A DNA stretch of 64,000 bases, from positions 1,054,001 to 1,118,000 of the forward strand of contig NC_134034.1 in NCBI RefSeq assembly GCF_964204645.1, given 5' to 3'. The DNA comes from Tubulanus polymorphus (lineage: Eukaryota > Animalia > Nemertea). A program made the position numbers and the translations under genes. Shown piece by piece: positions 49,301-62,139 of this stretch; the stretch's first letter is position 1, and every line of letters begins with the position of its first letter. The notes beneath the pieces were generated by a model that saw only the letters and a program-made list of their open reading frames with translations, ran no database searches and had not been told where the DNA came from.

Positions 49301-52300
49301 GTTTAACTACAACTCAAGAACCAAGACAAGGCCCAAGTCCGTCTGCTGCTGAAGAACAATCAGTGACTCAAGGTCCGAGTCTTTCCACACAGGTTGCTAT
49401 CGTGACACATGAGAGGAATTCAACTGCGACTACTAACCAGCAGCAGAGTCCGTCAGTAAATGAAGAGCGAACTCAAGAGCGACATCCGTCTGCTCCGACC
49501 CCGACTCATGAGCTGTGTTCATCCATGAATCTTCAGTTGACCGCAACCGCGACGCAAGCCAACGAAAATTTGGATGGACGGCAGAATTCCGATCAAAGCG
49601 AAGAATTAACTCAAGAACCTTCGCCGATGGATCCCACGCGCGCTGACGAACAAAAAGACGAGCATCCCGACGCGACTGATAATCTAGACGAAGTCATCGA
49701 GCCGAACGAACAAGTCGTCAATCGGTCTCAAGGATTCGAAATTCCGCCGTTCAAGGAGCCGAGTTTGAGCGGGATTTCACCGGTGGAAACGAGCGCCGGG
49801 AAAGCGTCTACGACGACGTCGGAAGTTGGATTTTGTCTTTCGAATTTGTTGCCGACACCTTTGCAAAACGACGACGGTCATTCGGTAGCGGACGTCGACG
49901 ATTCGGTCGTTATTTTGGACGAAAAGGAGAAAGTTAGCGGCGACGATGTCGTCGTTAACGAGGTCGTCGAGGTCAGCGATACGACGCCGGAAGAAGCGTC
50001 GACGAACAAGAGGCCGCGTCGCCGCAGACGCTCGAGATTGACCTCGAGAAATATCGCGAGTAAACGATCGCCCGGTTTCGACGCGACCGATGATGAAAGA
50101 TTTGAAAATAGCGCCGGCGCAAGTCAAAGTGAACCCCGCGCAATCGAGGATCATCGGCTAGAAATCAATGCCGAGATACATAATGACGATGATTCTAAAA
50201 AGATCGCCGCCAGTAGTCGAAAAAGTAAAAATAGCTCGGATTCGAGTGGTCAAAATGAAGCCGACACTATAAAGGATGGTCCGGAAATGCCTTCCGAGGT
50301 CCCAACAAATGACGTTAGTCCTAAAAAGAATGCTGCTGGTAAAAGGAAAAGTAAAAATAGCCCGGAGTCTGGTGGTCAAAATGAACCCATCGCGAAGAAG
50401 AGCGATGCAGGAATGTCTGAGAATCCGGAAATTAGTCCTAGAAAGTATGCTGTAAGTAGAAGTAGAAGGAATAAGAATATTTCCAGTGGTGGTCAAAAGG
50501 AACCGAACGCAGAAGGAGATGAGTCAGAAATATCCGCGATGGAGTTACCTGAAATTAGTGATAGTCCTAACAAGATCGCTGCTGGGCGAAGGAAATATAG
50601 AAATAGCTCAGATTCGAGTTGTCAAGATGAACCAAACATCAAAGAGGATGGTTCAGAAATACGTTCTGAGGTTGCAACGAAAGGTCTTAAAAAGAATGTT
50701 GCTGGTAGAAGAAAAAGCAAAACTAGCTCAGGTAGTCAGAACGAACAAAAGACGAAAGAGGATGGCTCGAACATTCCTTCTGAAGCTCCGACAAATGATG
50801 GTAGTCCTAAAAAGATGGCTGCTCGCGGAAGAAAAAGAAAGAATAGCTCAGAGTCTGGTAGTCAAAATGAACCTAACACGCGAGAAGATGGCTCAGAAAT
50901 ATCTTCCGAGGTTCCAACAAATGTCGTTAGTCCTACGAGGAATGCTGCTGGCAGAAGAAAAAGTAAAAGCGGTTTTGGATGCACTTCTTGCAGCGCGAGT
51001 CAAAAAGAGAGCCACAAAATACGAGAAGGGTTAGAAATAACCGTGGAGTTACCTGAAATCGGTGATAGTCCTAAAAAAGTTTCCGGCAATAGACGAAAAA
51101 GTAAAAATAATGCTGACAATCGAAAGGAGGATTCGGGAGAAATTCCGGTTGAAGTTCGGGAAAATGTCGTAAGTCCGAAAAAGAATGCTGGTCGTAAAAG
51201 AAAAACTAAAAAAGCCAGTCAAAGCGAACACGACACAGTAGAGGATGGGGCAGAAATATCTGCGGAGATGGAGGAAAATGAGGCGAGGAAAAAGAGAAAT
51301 ATAAGAAATGTAGCTGGGAGTCAAAGCGAACCAGAGTCACACGAAGATGAGGCGAACGTTTCTGCCGACGTCCCAAAAGATGATGGTAGTCCGAAAAAGA
51401 AGGTCGGTAGTAGAAAGAATAATAGAAATTGTTCCGCGGGGAGCAATCGAGAAGAATCCGAGATTCCTCTCGAAATGAGTCGTCCCGGTTTGAAAAAAGG
51501 CGGTAGAAAACGTAAGAGTGAAATCGGTTCCGACGACGGACGAAAAGAACCCGAATCGAAAGAAGTCGCCATGAACGCATCGCGGCTAGAGATAGCGGAA
51601 AATGCGGGTAAAAGTCCCATCCACGCGACCGAGACGGGTAAGAAGAAAAAGAGGGCTGATTCCGCGGAAAGCAACGCTGATTCGGAAGGCGGACAGAAGA
51701 GTAGAAAATTGAAAGTCAATGATGATAATGGTGATGATGGTGATGAGGATTCTGTACGTGTTGAGGATGCAGTGTCCGATGAGAAGGATAAAGATCGTCC
51801 GGGTTCGAAGCGGATTCGAAAACTGATTCGCACGAAACGACAAAGGAAAACGTCGCTGACGTCTGCCGAGAATCATCAACGCCGAAAACGGACGAATAAA
51901 ACTAAAGAAGAAACCGACGGCGATCGCAGCGTCGAAAACGTGAAAGGAAAAACGTTCGCCGAAGATATATTCAATAAGAAATGTAATCTGGACTCGGACT
52001 CGGACGATGAGCCGTTGAGTTCGCTTAAGAATAATAATAACAACGCCAACGAGGAAATGATGTTGAGCGCGTTGAGAACAGGCGGTCATCAGAAGGAAAG
52101 CGGAGAAAAAAATAGCAACTTCAAAACATCGGATTGTACAGAGACGAAAGATGAGGAAATAGCGATGGAGATTGACGATAGTGCAGCGCAGGTTGGTGTG
52201 GACATTGTTGAAGATTCGGGAAGGAACGAAGTCGATAAAAAGGATGTGGAGAATAAGGATCTCATCGGTGAAAGTCTGTCTGCTGATGCTCCATCTGCTC

Positions 52301-55300
52301 GTGATCTGTCTGCTGATGATCCATCTGCTCATGATCCGTCTGCTGATGCTCCGTCTGCTGATGCTCCGTCTGCTGATAGTCCGTCTGCTCCTTCACCCGC
52401 CGTTCAGAGAAACTTACGAAGCAGACGCATAGCGACGAGCGAGCAGGTGTTGTCTTTAAAACAGCGCCACCTACGAGCGTCTAAACGGTCGAAATACGTG
52501 CGTCAGATAATCACAAAGACCGTCGAGTCGGCGTTGAGACGATCGCCGAGCAACCGACGAGCCATGCCGCTGAGAATCACGCGGTCATTGTCGTCGTCAG
52601 GGCAACGACGAGGAAGTAATGTGGCAGCTGTAGTAAAAGAAGATGGCGTCGTTACTGAAGCGAAGAAATGCGTAGACGCAGATGCAGCAGCTGCGGTTGA
52701 AACAGATGCGACCCCTGCTACTCCACCGATGACCGACGCGAGTGAAACGACCGAAGATCCCGAATCGGAAACTCCACGTTCTGTCAGTAAAGTTCCGCCC
52801 GGTTCACGAGTTCTCTTCACAACGACGACGACGCAACAATCATCGCCGGTCGCTAAGAGTTTAGCGACGCGTCTGCTCGAACAGGTGCGTCATCGCGCGA
52901 CGAAGCAGACGACCGACAAGCAGCAGACGACGAAACCGACGCCGCGCTCATTTACCGATCCACCGAAACCGAATCGCGGATTGACAAAGTTTCACTCGCG
53001 AAGCGGAGTCGTCCTGATTCGCGACGCGGGCGCCTCCTCGCCGTCGACAACCCTGCAGCGGATGACGCACATGCGCCCGCCGCGCAGACAGTTGATGATC
53101 AGTCCGGCGAGACCGGAACCGATCGTCGTTCACTCGCACGTTCATTCGCCGACAGCGTCACCTAGTGGCAGCATTTTGAAGAAACGGCCGCCGTGCGACT
53201 CAGACGAACAAGAGATTCCTTCACCGTCAGACCTGGTACGTAAAAAATGGCTGCCTTCATTAATCTCCTTATGACATCATCAAATTGCCTACTTGTGATT
53301 TAATCTAATTAGACTTCCAGAAAAGATATATATGCCTCTATAAATCCCCCTATGACATCATCAAATCGTCTGCTAGAGTTTTGATCTATAGAGCCTTCTA
53401 GAAAAGATGTCTGCCTCCATAAATCCCCCTATGACATCATCACATTGTCTACTAGTGATTTGATCTATCAACCCTTATAACTTCTATAAAAGATGTCTGC
53501 CTCCAAATTTCCCCTATGACATCATCAAAAACGATTAAGTGATATGTAGATGTTAAGAAGTAGTTTTGTTTTGTTTTTCAGTCGAGACGTGTTTCATTCA
53601 ATGAAAACGTCGACGTTCGTAAACTGCTGTCGTCCGGACGAATCTCGCCGAAACCGGTGAATCGTTGCCTCGAGATGCCGAAACAGCAGACGACACCCGC
53701 GACAACTCATCCACCGTCGCCGCTGGCTGCGACTAAATGTAAAACTACTACACCGGACATCGACACAGCTGCGTTACAGGTACGACTCGCGCGCGCAATA
53801 TAACCATCATTTTATCGAGAAATATCCGAATCTAATTTTTTGGAATTTTTATTTTTTGAAATTTGGAAATTTTTTTGAAATTTTGGATTTTTTTTTCCTT
53901 TCTTTGAATCAAATTTTTTGAAAAAGATACAAATCTTTTTAGAGAGAATTTTGATCCTTTTCGTTTTAGTTCTCACCGATTTTGAATAAAAATAAAACGG
54001 AAGCAAGCGCGGAAAGTGAGAGCGTTCCGGTACCATTCGTAAGTTCGTCCGATCTCCAGTCTACAGGTCGGCGTCGCTGACCTGGAAAACTGAGGCCATC
54101 GGGAAAAATAGAAAAAAATTCGGGGAAAGAATTTGACAAATTTTACCAAAACCTGGAAAACTTAAGGAATTCAGATAATGCTATTGATCACTTGATTCTT
54201 AATTAATATGTGATTCAATTAAAAATGAATGAATTGTCAAATTTTAAACCTAGAAATTTCTCTGATTCACTCAGGGGGAATTTTGTGTAATCAACACGGG
54301 AAAGCTCAGAGAATTTGTAAATGGAGCGTAAAGTGGCGCCACCCTGTATCAGGCAATAGCGTCAACGATGTATATACGTGTATCAACTGAAATGTGTTTA
54401 ATTTCTGATTGCAGTTGCCGGGTGACAATAGCTGCACGGCGGACAGCGGCAATCAGTTCAGTAACGACAGTTTAACGGCAGCAGCCTCGCAATTAAACAG
54501 TTCACAATCCGTCTGCCCGCAACTACGCGACTGCACTCAACCTATCGACATGATTCTCTCCGATCTTACGACATCAATGTGGTACGTATAACAATGACCT
54601 TCTCATTCTTAATGACTTCAATGATTCAGTGAAATTATGATTAGTTACTAATGACGACCTTCTCATTCTAAATGACTTCAACGATTCAGTGAAATTATGA
54701 TTAGTTACTAATGACGACCTTCTCATTCTCAATGACTTCAACGATTCAGTGAAATTATGATTAGTTACTAATGACGACCTTCTCATTCTCAATGACTTCA
54801 ACGATTCAGTGAAATTATAATTAGTTACTAATGACGACCTTCTCATTCTAAATGACTTCAATGATTCAGTGAAATTATGATTAGTTACTAATGACGACCT
54901 TCTCATTCTCAATGACTTCAACGATTCAGTGAAATTATAATTAGTTACTAATGACGACCTTCTCATTCTCAATGATTTCAACGATTCAGTAAAATCATGA
55001 ATAGTTAGTAATGACGACCTTCTCATTCTCGATGACTTCAATGATTCAATAAAATTATGATTACTTACTTATAGCGCGCTGGGATCCTCTGTCTAAAGCT
55101 ACTTACCTATTTTTAAATTGTTCGCAAAACATCTTGAAGAAGATGGATGCAAAAATTGGTCTTGGTTGAATCGGTGAATCAACCTCGTGACATGAAAAAA
55201 ATGAATCAAATCCAATGACTCATTGATATGACCCTTGTGTGCGGTGTATTTACCTTCCGATATCAAATAAACTGAATTTAGAAGTCGTCCGCCACATTTT

Positions 55301-56180
55301 TGACGCCGGTTGCCAGTACATTGCATGTTACAACGGCTATTGCTGTTTCGGCCATATTTGCCGTAATGGTTGCCACAGAAACAATGACTCCTGTATTGCA
55401 GACCCATGTACGGGAAGCCTTGAAAAAAAATTTTTTTTTTAAGTCCTAATTTTGACTTGATTAAGCATTTTACTCAATAGGCCTAATTATTCTTGAAGTG
55501 TTTCAAATTGATATTTTATCAGGTCATATTTATTTTATACCAATGTAAGGTGCACTGATTACAATTTGTACGAGTGCGCTTTATGGAAAAAAATTTTATT
55601 ATCATTAATTTCGAAATACCGAATGATATTTCTATACTTGCGATATGGGGGGGGGGGGCTGTTCTAGACGTTCATTCCAATCTTGACTTTTTGTTTACGA
55701 ACTATTTTTCGAAAAATTTCAAATTTTGGAATTGATTAATTGATTATTTTTGTGGAAATCGTAAAATGTCGCGAAGGGTTATTCACCTCGGTTGTAACAG
55801 ATTAAACCGCATCTTTCGATGGTTAGCCGTCTGTAGTCCTTTGTGTAATAACCAGTCAAATCCCTCGGCCTATTTCTGTCTGTATAACACCCGAGATACG
55901 TATCTAGTATAGATAGGAAACAAACTAATTACTAATATTTCTCCATGTTTGGTGTTCGTATCTTTCAATATAGAGATCATAACTAATTTCATATTGTGTA
56001 ATTGAAACTGAAATTGAAATTTATTTACACTCATCACCTCGACGAGAGGTATACAGAGGGACATCAAGAAGTATTTACAATTGTATAACATAACGTAAAA
56101 TATAGAATAATCAATAAAATTTGACAGAGAAAAAAGGAACACAACAGCTGTACAAAGAAAAATGAAGTTGTTATGTACAG

Positions 56181-56246
<66 letters not shown>

Positions 56247-59200
56247 GAATTCCTCGAGAACAGGATTTGTTTTTAGCCAACTACTTAACCCTTTCAGTGC
56301 GTCTACACCGCAGTGCGGTGTACAAATCAGTGATGGATTTGCTAGTACACCGCACTGCAGTGTATTGATTTAATTAGTAATTACTAATTATCTCTATTGA
56401 AAGATGGCAGCACCAGCCAAACATAGTGAAATATCAGTAACTAACGATACACCGCACCGCGGTGTAGACGCACTTCAGTGGTATTCCCGTTATTCAACAC
56501 ACTAGGGTGGAATTTTTCAAAATTTTCAAATTATCTTCAGCACATTAGGGTATTAATTAGTCAGCACTGAAATGGTTAAAGGTTACCGAATTCGAAACCG
56601 AAGTTGAGTCGGGTGAGGGTTATAAATTTGCTTACAAAACTATCGAATTAATGGTCACAACTGTAATTCGGATGTGAAAAGTGATACAGACACTTGAGAC
56701 TCCTTGAAAATGTTCATCTAGGATTGACTGCTCGCTAACAACGACCCTTTATTAGTGAAAATGCATCAGAGGTAATTCCTGAAAGTTGTCATACTTACAC
56801 GTAGGTGGCGCTTTAGTGCATCGAATAAGCGCGAGAACAATACGCAAACAAATTAGAAAACTGCCGTTCCTCGGCGTCATCGCGTTATCGTAACGTTTTC
56901 AGCCGAATTTGCGAATGTTTCGATATCGTGCGCTCCCTCCTAAATCTGCTCCCGCTAATCCAGTTCCTGCTCCTGCTGTTGTCCCGATTGTTTCGAGGAA
57001 AGCGTGAAAATCCTCCCTGTAATGCGGCGATGCTAACGAGGAACGCGCCCCGAAATAAGATATCAATTTTGATAATTGTAAAGATGAGTAATTGCGTCTA
57101 GAACCGCCTATTTGAAACTCGGTTCTGAAACAGATAATTTCACCTATTTTATAACGCGGCGTCGCGACAAATTATTGATATTCGTTTTTTGTTCCGAATG
57201 ACGTAATACTATTTTTATATTTGTTATTTATTCATGCTTATTTTAATGAAGAATTGTTTTTTCGTATGCTGTATTTCAGTTTGCCCTCCCCTCCCCTCTC
57301 TCCCCTCTCTCCCCTCTCTCTGCTCTCAGCTCCCCCCTCTCTCTAACAATTATGTATCAATGATTCATATTTACCAATATTGCGAAAACTGCTTTTATGA
57401 GTTTTTATGAACTCGTAACAGACCAATTTGTTAGCTTCTTCTTTGTAATTGAATTCAAAAACTTAAATGCAGTTATAAAATCTTGGTTCCTTTCATTTTT
57501 GGTTATAACGCGAGGCATAGAAATGGACATTTTGGGCACCTCTCAAAAGACCCGCGTCTATTACTATCGGTACTGCGCGTTCGCTTGTGTATGTATCAGT
57601 GATGGTAAACGAGCGCGCTTACGATCTGCCGGAGACTTCCACAGTCAGTCGATAAACATCCAGCGGTCAGCGGTCGGTTGTTCAAAAGTTGGTTACACTT
57701 AACCGGTGGATAGTTGATGAAGTGACGATTAAAAGTTCATTGTTACTATGGCATTTATCCACTGGTTATCTTTAACCAATTTTTCAGCAACTGGACCCCG
57801 GTTTTAATTTTTCTACTGCCCTGAATTTTGAAGAACTTCAGAGCATCTGATTGGTTTCATAATAGTGTCCTTACTAATGGTTAGTTAGTACTGTGTATTG
57901 GTCTGTGTGACGAATCCGTCAGCTTTTTCTGTTAGTTTTAGTTGCTTTATGTCGCCCTCTCTCAGGATATATCAAAATTATGAATGTTAAATTCTCATCA
58001 TCGATCTTTCGAAGATGTTATTATTCTAGCAGTTTCATCGAGAAGTTCCCACTGTCCAACATCGAGTTCATTTTAAGAATTTTTTTTCTTGTCCCGCTCA
58101 TTCAAACTCGTTTTAATTTATTCATGATTTTAGGACGAAAAATTGGTTTTTCTCTCTGTACCTCCCTCCCTCCCTCCCTCCCTCCCTCCCTCCCTCCCTC
58201 CCTCCCTCCCTCCCTCCCTCCCTCCCTCCCTCCCTCCCTCCCTCCCTCCCTCCCTCCCTCCCTCCCTCCCTCCCTCCCTCTCCTGTCAGTTATGTCATCA
58301 ATAATTCGTGCTTACCAATATTGGATAAACTGTTTCCATGAGCTGTTTGTTGTTGTGATCAATCTCCAATTTCCCCGAGGCCGGTCAAAAATGAATGCTG
58401 TATTAGGAACCTATGAATTTTGAAACCGATGCATTGTTTTCGATTCCCTATTTTCAGGGCCGTCGGACTCGGACACTTGTTTAAATCGCGGCAGATTCGA
58501 ACGATCGCGGATTTCGCCGCGTTGACCGAACTCGAAATCGACGCGTTGCCGTTGAAGACGCCGAAACTTGCGACCGTTCGGGCGGTACTGGCGACAATAC
58601 TCGCGGCGTGGCAACGACGCGACAACAATGCCACCGATAATGACGTCACTAGTCACCTAGAAAAGGGTAAGAAATGCAGTGAAATTTGCTAATCTCCAAA
58701 CCCCCAAACTCTTACTGTTTCCTTTCAGTTCAAGTCGCCCTCTCCCGAAATCCCAAATCCGCCCCTGTGTCTATTTAGGATTCATTACCACTTTTTGTCA
58801 ATCGAAAGTTGATTCTTAAATGATCATAACAAAAAGTTTAGTAAAACTTAGATTTTAGTAAAATTAGATTTTTCAATTTCTGGGAAAAGAGGAAGGTCTA
58901 GTAGTGAGGGTGGGAGAGTTCCTATGGAACAGTAAGATCGATAACCCACACCTCTCCGGACCTCCTACACTATGTCACTGAGGTATAGATGGTATTTATA
59001 CTTGACTAAAACGGCGGTATCGACCGAAATGGTGTTCAGGCTAAAATACCGATAAATTGATCCCTTATGAAAATGATTTTGAAATTGGGACGTTTCAAAG
59101 CTTGTATTTTTTATAACGTTTCAAAAGTGTTCATTTTTTTTGCGGACTTCAATTGAAGCAATAAAACCCACGGTTGTCTGCAGGCGTTGTTTCTAGTTCC

Positions 59201-61378
59201 GACTGATCTCGATAGATGGAGCCAGTCGTATTCATAGCATGCATATTTCACAGTTTCCCGAGGTGGCTGATGACTTTTTCGGTGTCATTGTTGCCTTGTT
59301 GTTGCAACGATACTGTCGGCATGGCAACAATGCGACCACAATGACACTCTGTCCAGAACTGTGGAACTGGGTCCTGAACTGGGGAACTGAATGTCCTGAA
59401 CACTGTGGAACTGGGACTGAGTCCAGAATTGTGGAACGCTGTCCAGAACTGTGGAACTGGGAAACTCTATCCAGAACTATGGAACTGGGGTCCTGAACTG
59501 AGGAACTCTGTCCAAAACTGGGGAACTGGGTCCAGAACTGTGGAACTGAGTCCATTTTATTTCAGTGAAACCAGGCGGGCCTGGTTCACCGACCCTTTGC
59601 CTCTGATTTGAGTGAAATTCTTTTGAAGAAATTCTCAAGGAATCTGATTTATTTCAGTTGAACCTGCCGTGCAAGATTCTGCGATTCCAGCGATCGCTGC
59701 TTCTCCGGAGAAAATGCTACCGAGCGCAGACGCTGTCATCGACACTGACTCACCGCTTTCAAAGGGTAAGCAGACTGCGGCAGGGGAGGGGCAGACGGAC
59801 AAACTTAGCTGATGGCAGACTGCGGCAGGGGAGCAGCAGATAGACCAACTGACGGTAGACTGCGGCAGGGGAGCAGCAGATAGACTAACTGATGGCAGAC
59901 TGCGGCAGGGGAGGGGGCAGACGGACAAACTTAGCTGATGGCAGACTGCGGCAGGGGAGGGGCAGATAGACCAACTGACGGTAGACTGCGGCAGGGGAGC
60001 AGTAGATAGACTAACTGATGGCAGACTGCGGCAGGGGAGGGGGCAGACGTTCTAACCGATGGTAGATTGTGGCAGGGATGAATTGATCCTTTCCCTTCTC
60101 GTATTCTTGGTTCTATGTTAAATGCATCTGGAAAATTTCAAAAGAATTGTTTGATATATTTATTTAGGACCTGTTACCACATTCTGTCAGTTAGAATTTT
60201 ATTCTTAATTGATTGTGACAAAAAATTCTAGTAAAATTCTCGGTAAAAGAGGGAGGTCAAGTAGTGAGGGTGGGAGTGTGTTCAATGTTTGGATAACCCA
60301 CACCTCTCCGGACCTCCTTCATGCTGTTGGTGGGTCACAGATGATATTTATACTTAACTAAATTGGCTATGTCTACGTTATTGGTGTTTGGGATAAAATG
60401 CTATTTAATCGATCTCTGGTCCAAACAATTTCTAAATGAGTTCCTCGTGAAGCTTGTATTTTTTTCAACATTTCACAAGTATTAGAGTTCTTCCTGGACT
60501 TCAATTGAAGCAGTAAATCCCTTGGTTGTTTGCAGCTGATGTTTTTAGTTCCAACTAATTTCGATAGATGGAGCCAGTCGTATTTATATTTCACAATTGA
60601 ATGAAACGTTATTCAACGTTTACACAATCATTAACTAATCATGATTTTGTCAATTTGATCGGTAGATTTCGTTTGATTCGGTGTCCCTTACAAACCCACC
60701 ACACCTGCAGGGAGTGAAACAGGGGATTTGATTTTGAAATCAGAAATGGAAGTACAGATATAGTTGTGTGATTGGTGGTGGAATTTACAGAATTTTTTTA
60801 TTGTAATCGAAGTACATAATTGGAAATTTGGGTCCCATTCAAACAATCTTCCAACCAGTCTGAACCGGCAAGTGATTGATTGGGGTTAATTTTGTCGACA
60901 TTTTGGAAATAACTATATTACAAGGTTGAAGATCATTTCATCCATTTCCCGAATTAACCAATGATTTTTACGTCCTCTTACAGGAAGTGAAGATAAAATC
61001 AACTCATCAATCGAAGGCGAGTTGCTATTGGATACGAGTAATACGTCTGTTGAACAATCCGACCAATCGGAATCCGCCGTCACCGTTCAAACAGAAGCAG
61101 ACGCCCCGAAAATTAACGAATCGCGAGCGTCCGATTCTGGTTTCAATAGCGACCTGTCGACGATGCAATCGGTCGACTCGGTTTGTCACCAGGGGGCAGA
61201 GGGTGTTTCGAGTCTCGTCGATTTAATAGCGAAATTCAGCGAGGAACATTCGGCCTACGATCTGTCTCGGTTGCCGAGTGACCAGATATTTAAATTGCAC
61301 GCCGATCTGTTGAAATTGACGTCGTCTGCCGTCGTCGCGTTACAGAAGAAATGTGCGTCTGCTGAGGAAACATCGTAA
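37309..61378 (+). CDS. RIF1: Telomere-associated / replication timing regulator RIF1, ~3,396 aa, 29 coding exons
   Basis: Exons 37309-37427, 37511-37681, 37968-38109, 38192-38283, 39054-39246, 39705-39797, 40251-40386, 40471-40622, 40716-40854, 41207-41359, 41648-41749, 42070-42227, 42328-42405, 42737-42813, 42939-43113, 43522-43623, 44170-44449, 44581-44750, 44903-45094, 45427-45629, 46055-46382, 46475-46632, 47065-48040, 48511-53235, 53582-53779, 54415-54581, 58458-58666, 59658-59765, 60984-61378 (10191 nt, phases consistent). N-terminal HEAT region ([39 protein letters not shown]); PP1 motifs SILK (53170-53181) and RVSF (53588-53599); C-terminal domain [34 protein letters not shown]. PolyA signal at ~62097. 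Confidence 0.93.
38315..39005. repeat. 40-bp minisatellite (~17 copies), GGTTTTATAGACCAGTTTTAACTTGAACCCTGCAGGGGCT
   Basis: Direct tandem copies in RIF1 intron 4. Confidence 0.93.
39805..40232. repeat. 79-bp intronic satellite family (~5 copies, CCCCTATGACATCATC orientation)
   Basis: Fills RIF1 intron 6. Further blocks at 42408-42725, 43120-43460, 45110-45370 and 53245-53530. Confidence 0.88.
43735..44115. repeat. ~93-bp AT-rich tandem repeat (~4 copies)
   Basis: AATTCTTCAATTGTATCTCAAATC..GAAATCTGGTTCAGGAAATCAAG units in a RIF1 intron. Confidence 0.85.
54590..55065. repeat. 60-bp minisatellite (8 copies)
   Basis: TCTCATTCT.AATGACTTCAACGATTCAGTGAAATTATGATTAGTTACTAATGACGACCT repeats in register with the 60-nt lines; begins just after the RIF1 donor at 54582. 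Confidence 0.95.
55179..56880 (-). CDS. Small putatively secreted single-WSC-domain protein (~122 aa), nested antisense in a RIF1 intron
   Basis: Exons 56880-56799 ([27 protein letters not shown], signal-peptide-like), 55903-55787 ([20 protein letters not shown]), 55418-55254 ([39 protein letters not shown]) and tentatively 55183-55179 (stop). Phase-1 introns, 8-Cys WSC pattern. The last exon is uncertain because of a weak GAG acceptor. Confidence 0.82.
56183..56244. repeat. (TA)n microsatellite
   Basis: About 30 TA units. Confidence 0.97.
56289..56575 (+). mobile_element. piggyBac-type MITE, second copy
   Basis: TTAA|CCCTTTCAGTGCG ... CACTGAAATGG|TTAA; colinear with 3219-3506; lies in intron 1 of the WSC gene. 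Confidence 0.85.
58161..58280. repeat. (CCCT)n microsatellite
   Basis: About 30 units; (AGGG)n on the minus strand, which could form a G-quadruplex. Confidence 0.97.
59767..60075. repeat. Compound G-rich minisatellite (GCAGACTGCGGCAGGGGAG units)
   Basis: About 7 units alternating between two variants, starting directly after the donor at 59766. Confidence 0.85.
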
Positions 61379-62139
61379 ACACAACGAAAACAATCTACGT
61401 CTGCTGAGGAAACAACAAAAACATTGTAAACATTGAGGAAACATTGTAAACAGAACATTAATTTAGAATTCTATGTAGACACTGGTTTAGTGCAGCCTGG
61501 ACCCAGCACCTCTCAGACTCGAGGGGCTGCAGGTTCCAGGCTGCTGACTGTCCGAGGGGCTGCAGGTTCCAGGCTGCACATTGATGATAACTGCATGAAA
61601 ACACCTCGAAACTGTTTAAAAATCTTTGATATTTAACGCTAATCGCGGGTTCGATATTTCTATATGTTTATTTCTCCTCCATTCGAAACATGTAATTCAA
61701 AACCGATGGATATTTTCTTTTTTTTTCTACTTGTGAGTTACAAGCATGAAAAATTATGTTAATTAGCTACAGTGAACCGAACAATTCTGCAAGGGGAGCA
61801 TACATTGTTTCACTGTAAAGGCAGCATACTTAGCTTCACTGAGTGTAAGGGGAGCATACTTTGTGTATTTACACCAGCTGGATCCGATCAGAGTCCAGTT
61901 TTGTGTAAAAACTCTCATTTCTAAATTTGGTATACTCCATTTGTGAACGTACTGAAAGCTCCCCGAAATAGTGTTTGTAGCTCAGTGAAAGTTTTGTGAA
62001 TCTTATTTTTTGTACGAAATCGACTGAAAACCGTCTGTAGAAACTTTCTGCATTTATTTGTATTTACTTTAAACAACGCATTTTTGTAAATATATTAATA
62101 AAACTTTGGTAAGTAACTGTTAACTCGAGATTATATTAG

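Noticed and set aside
47026-52820. Numerous long minus-strand and alternate-frame ORFs over the large RIF1 exons
   Set aside because: Shadow ORFs of GC-richer coding sequence; no recognisable domains or splice structure.
48697-53274. 1525-aa ORF as a stand-alone gene or retroelement
   Set aside because: Flanked by an in-phase acceptor (48510) and donor (53236), contains the RIF1 SILK motif and has no RT or integrase motifs; it is a RIF1 exon.
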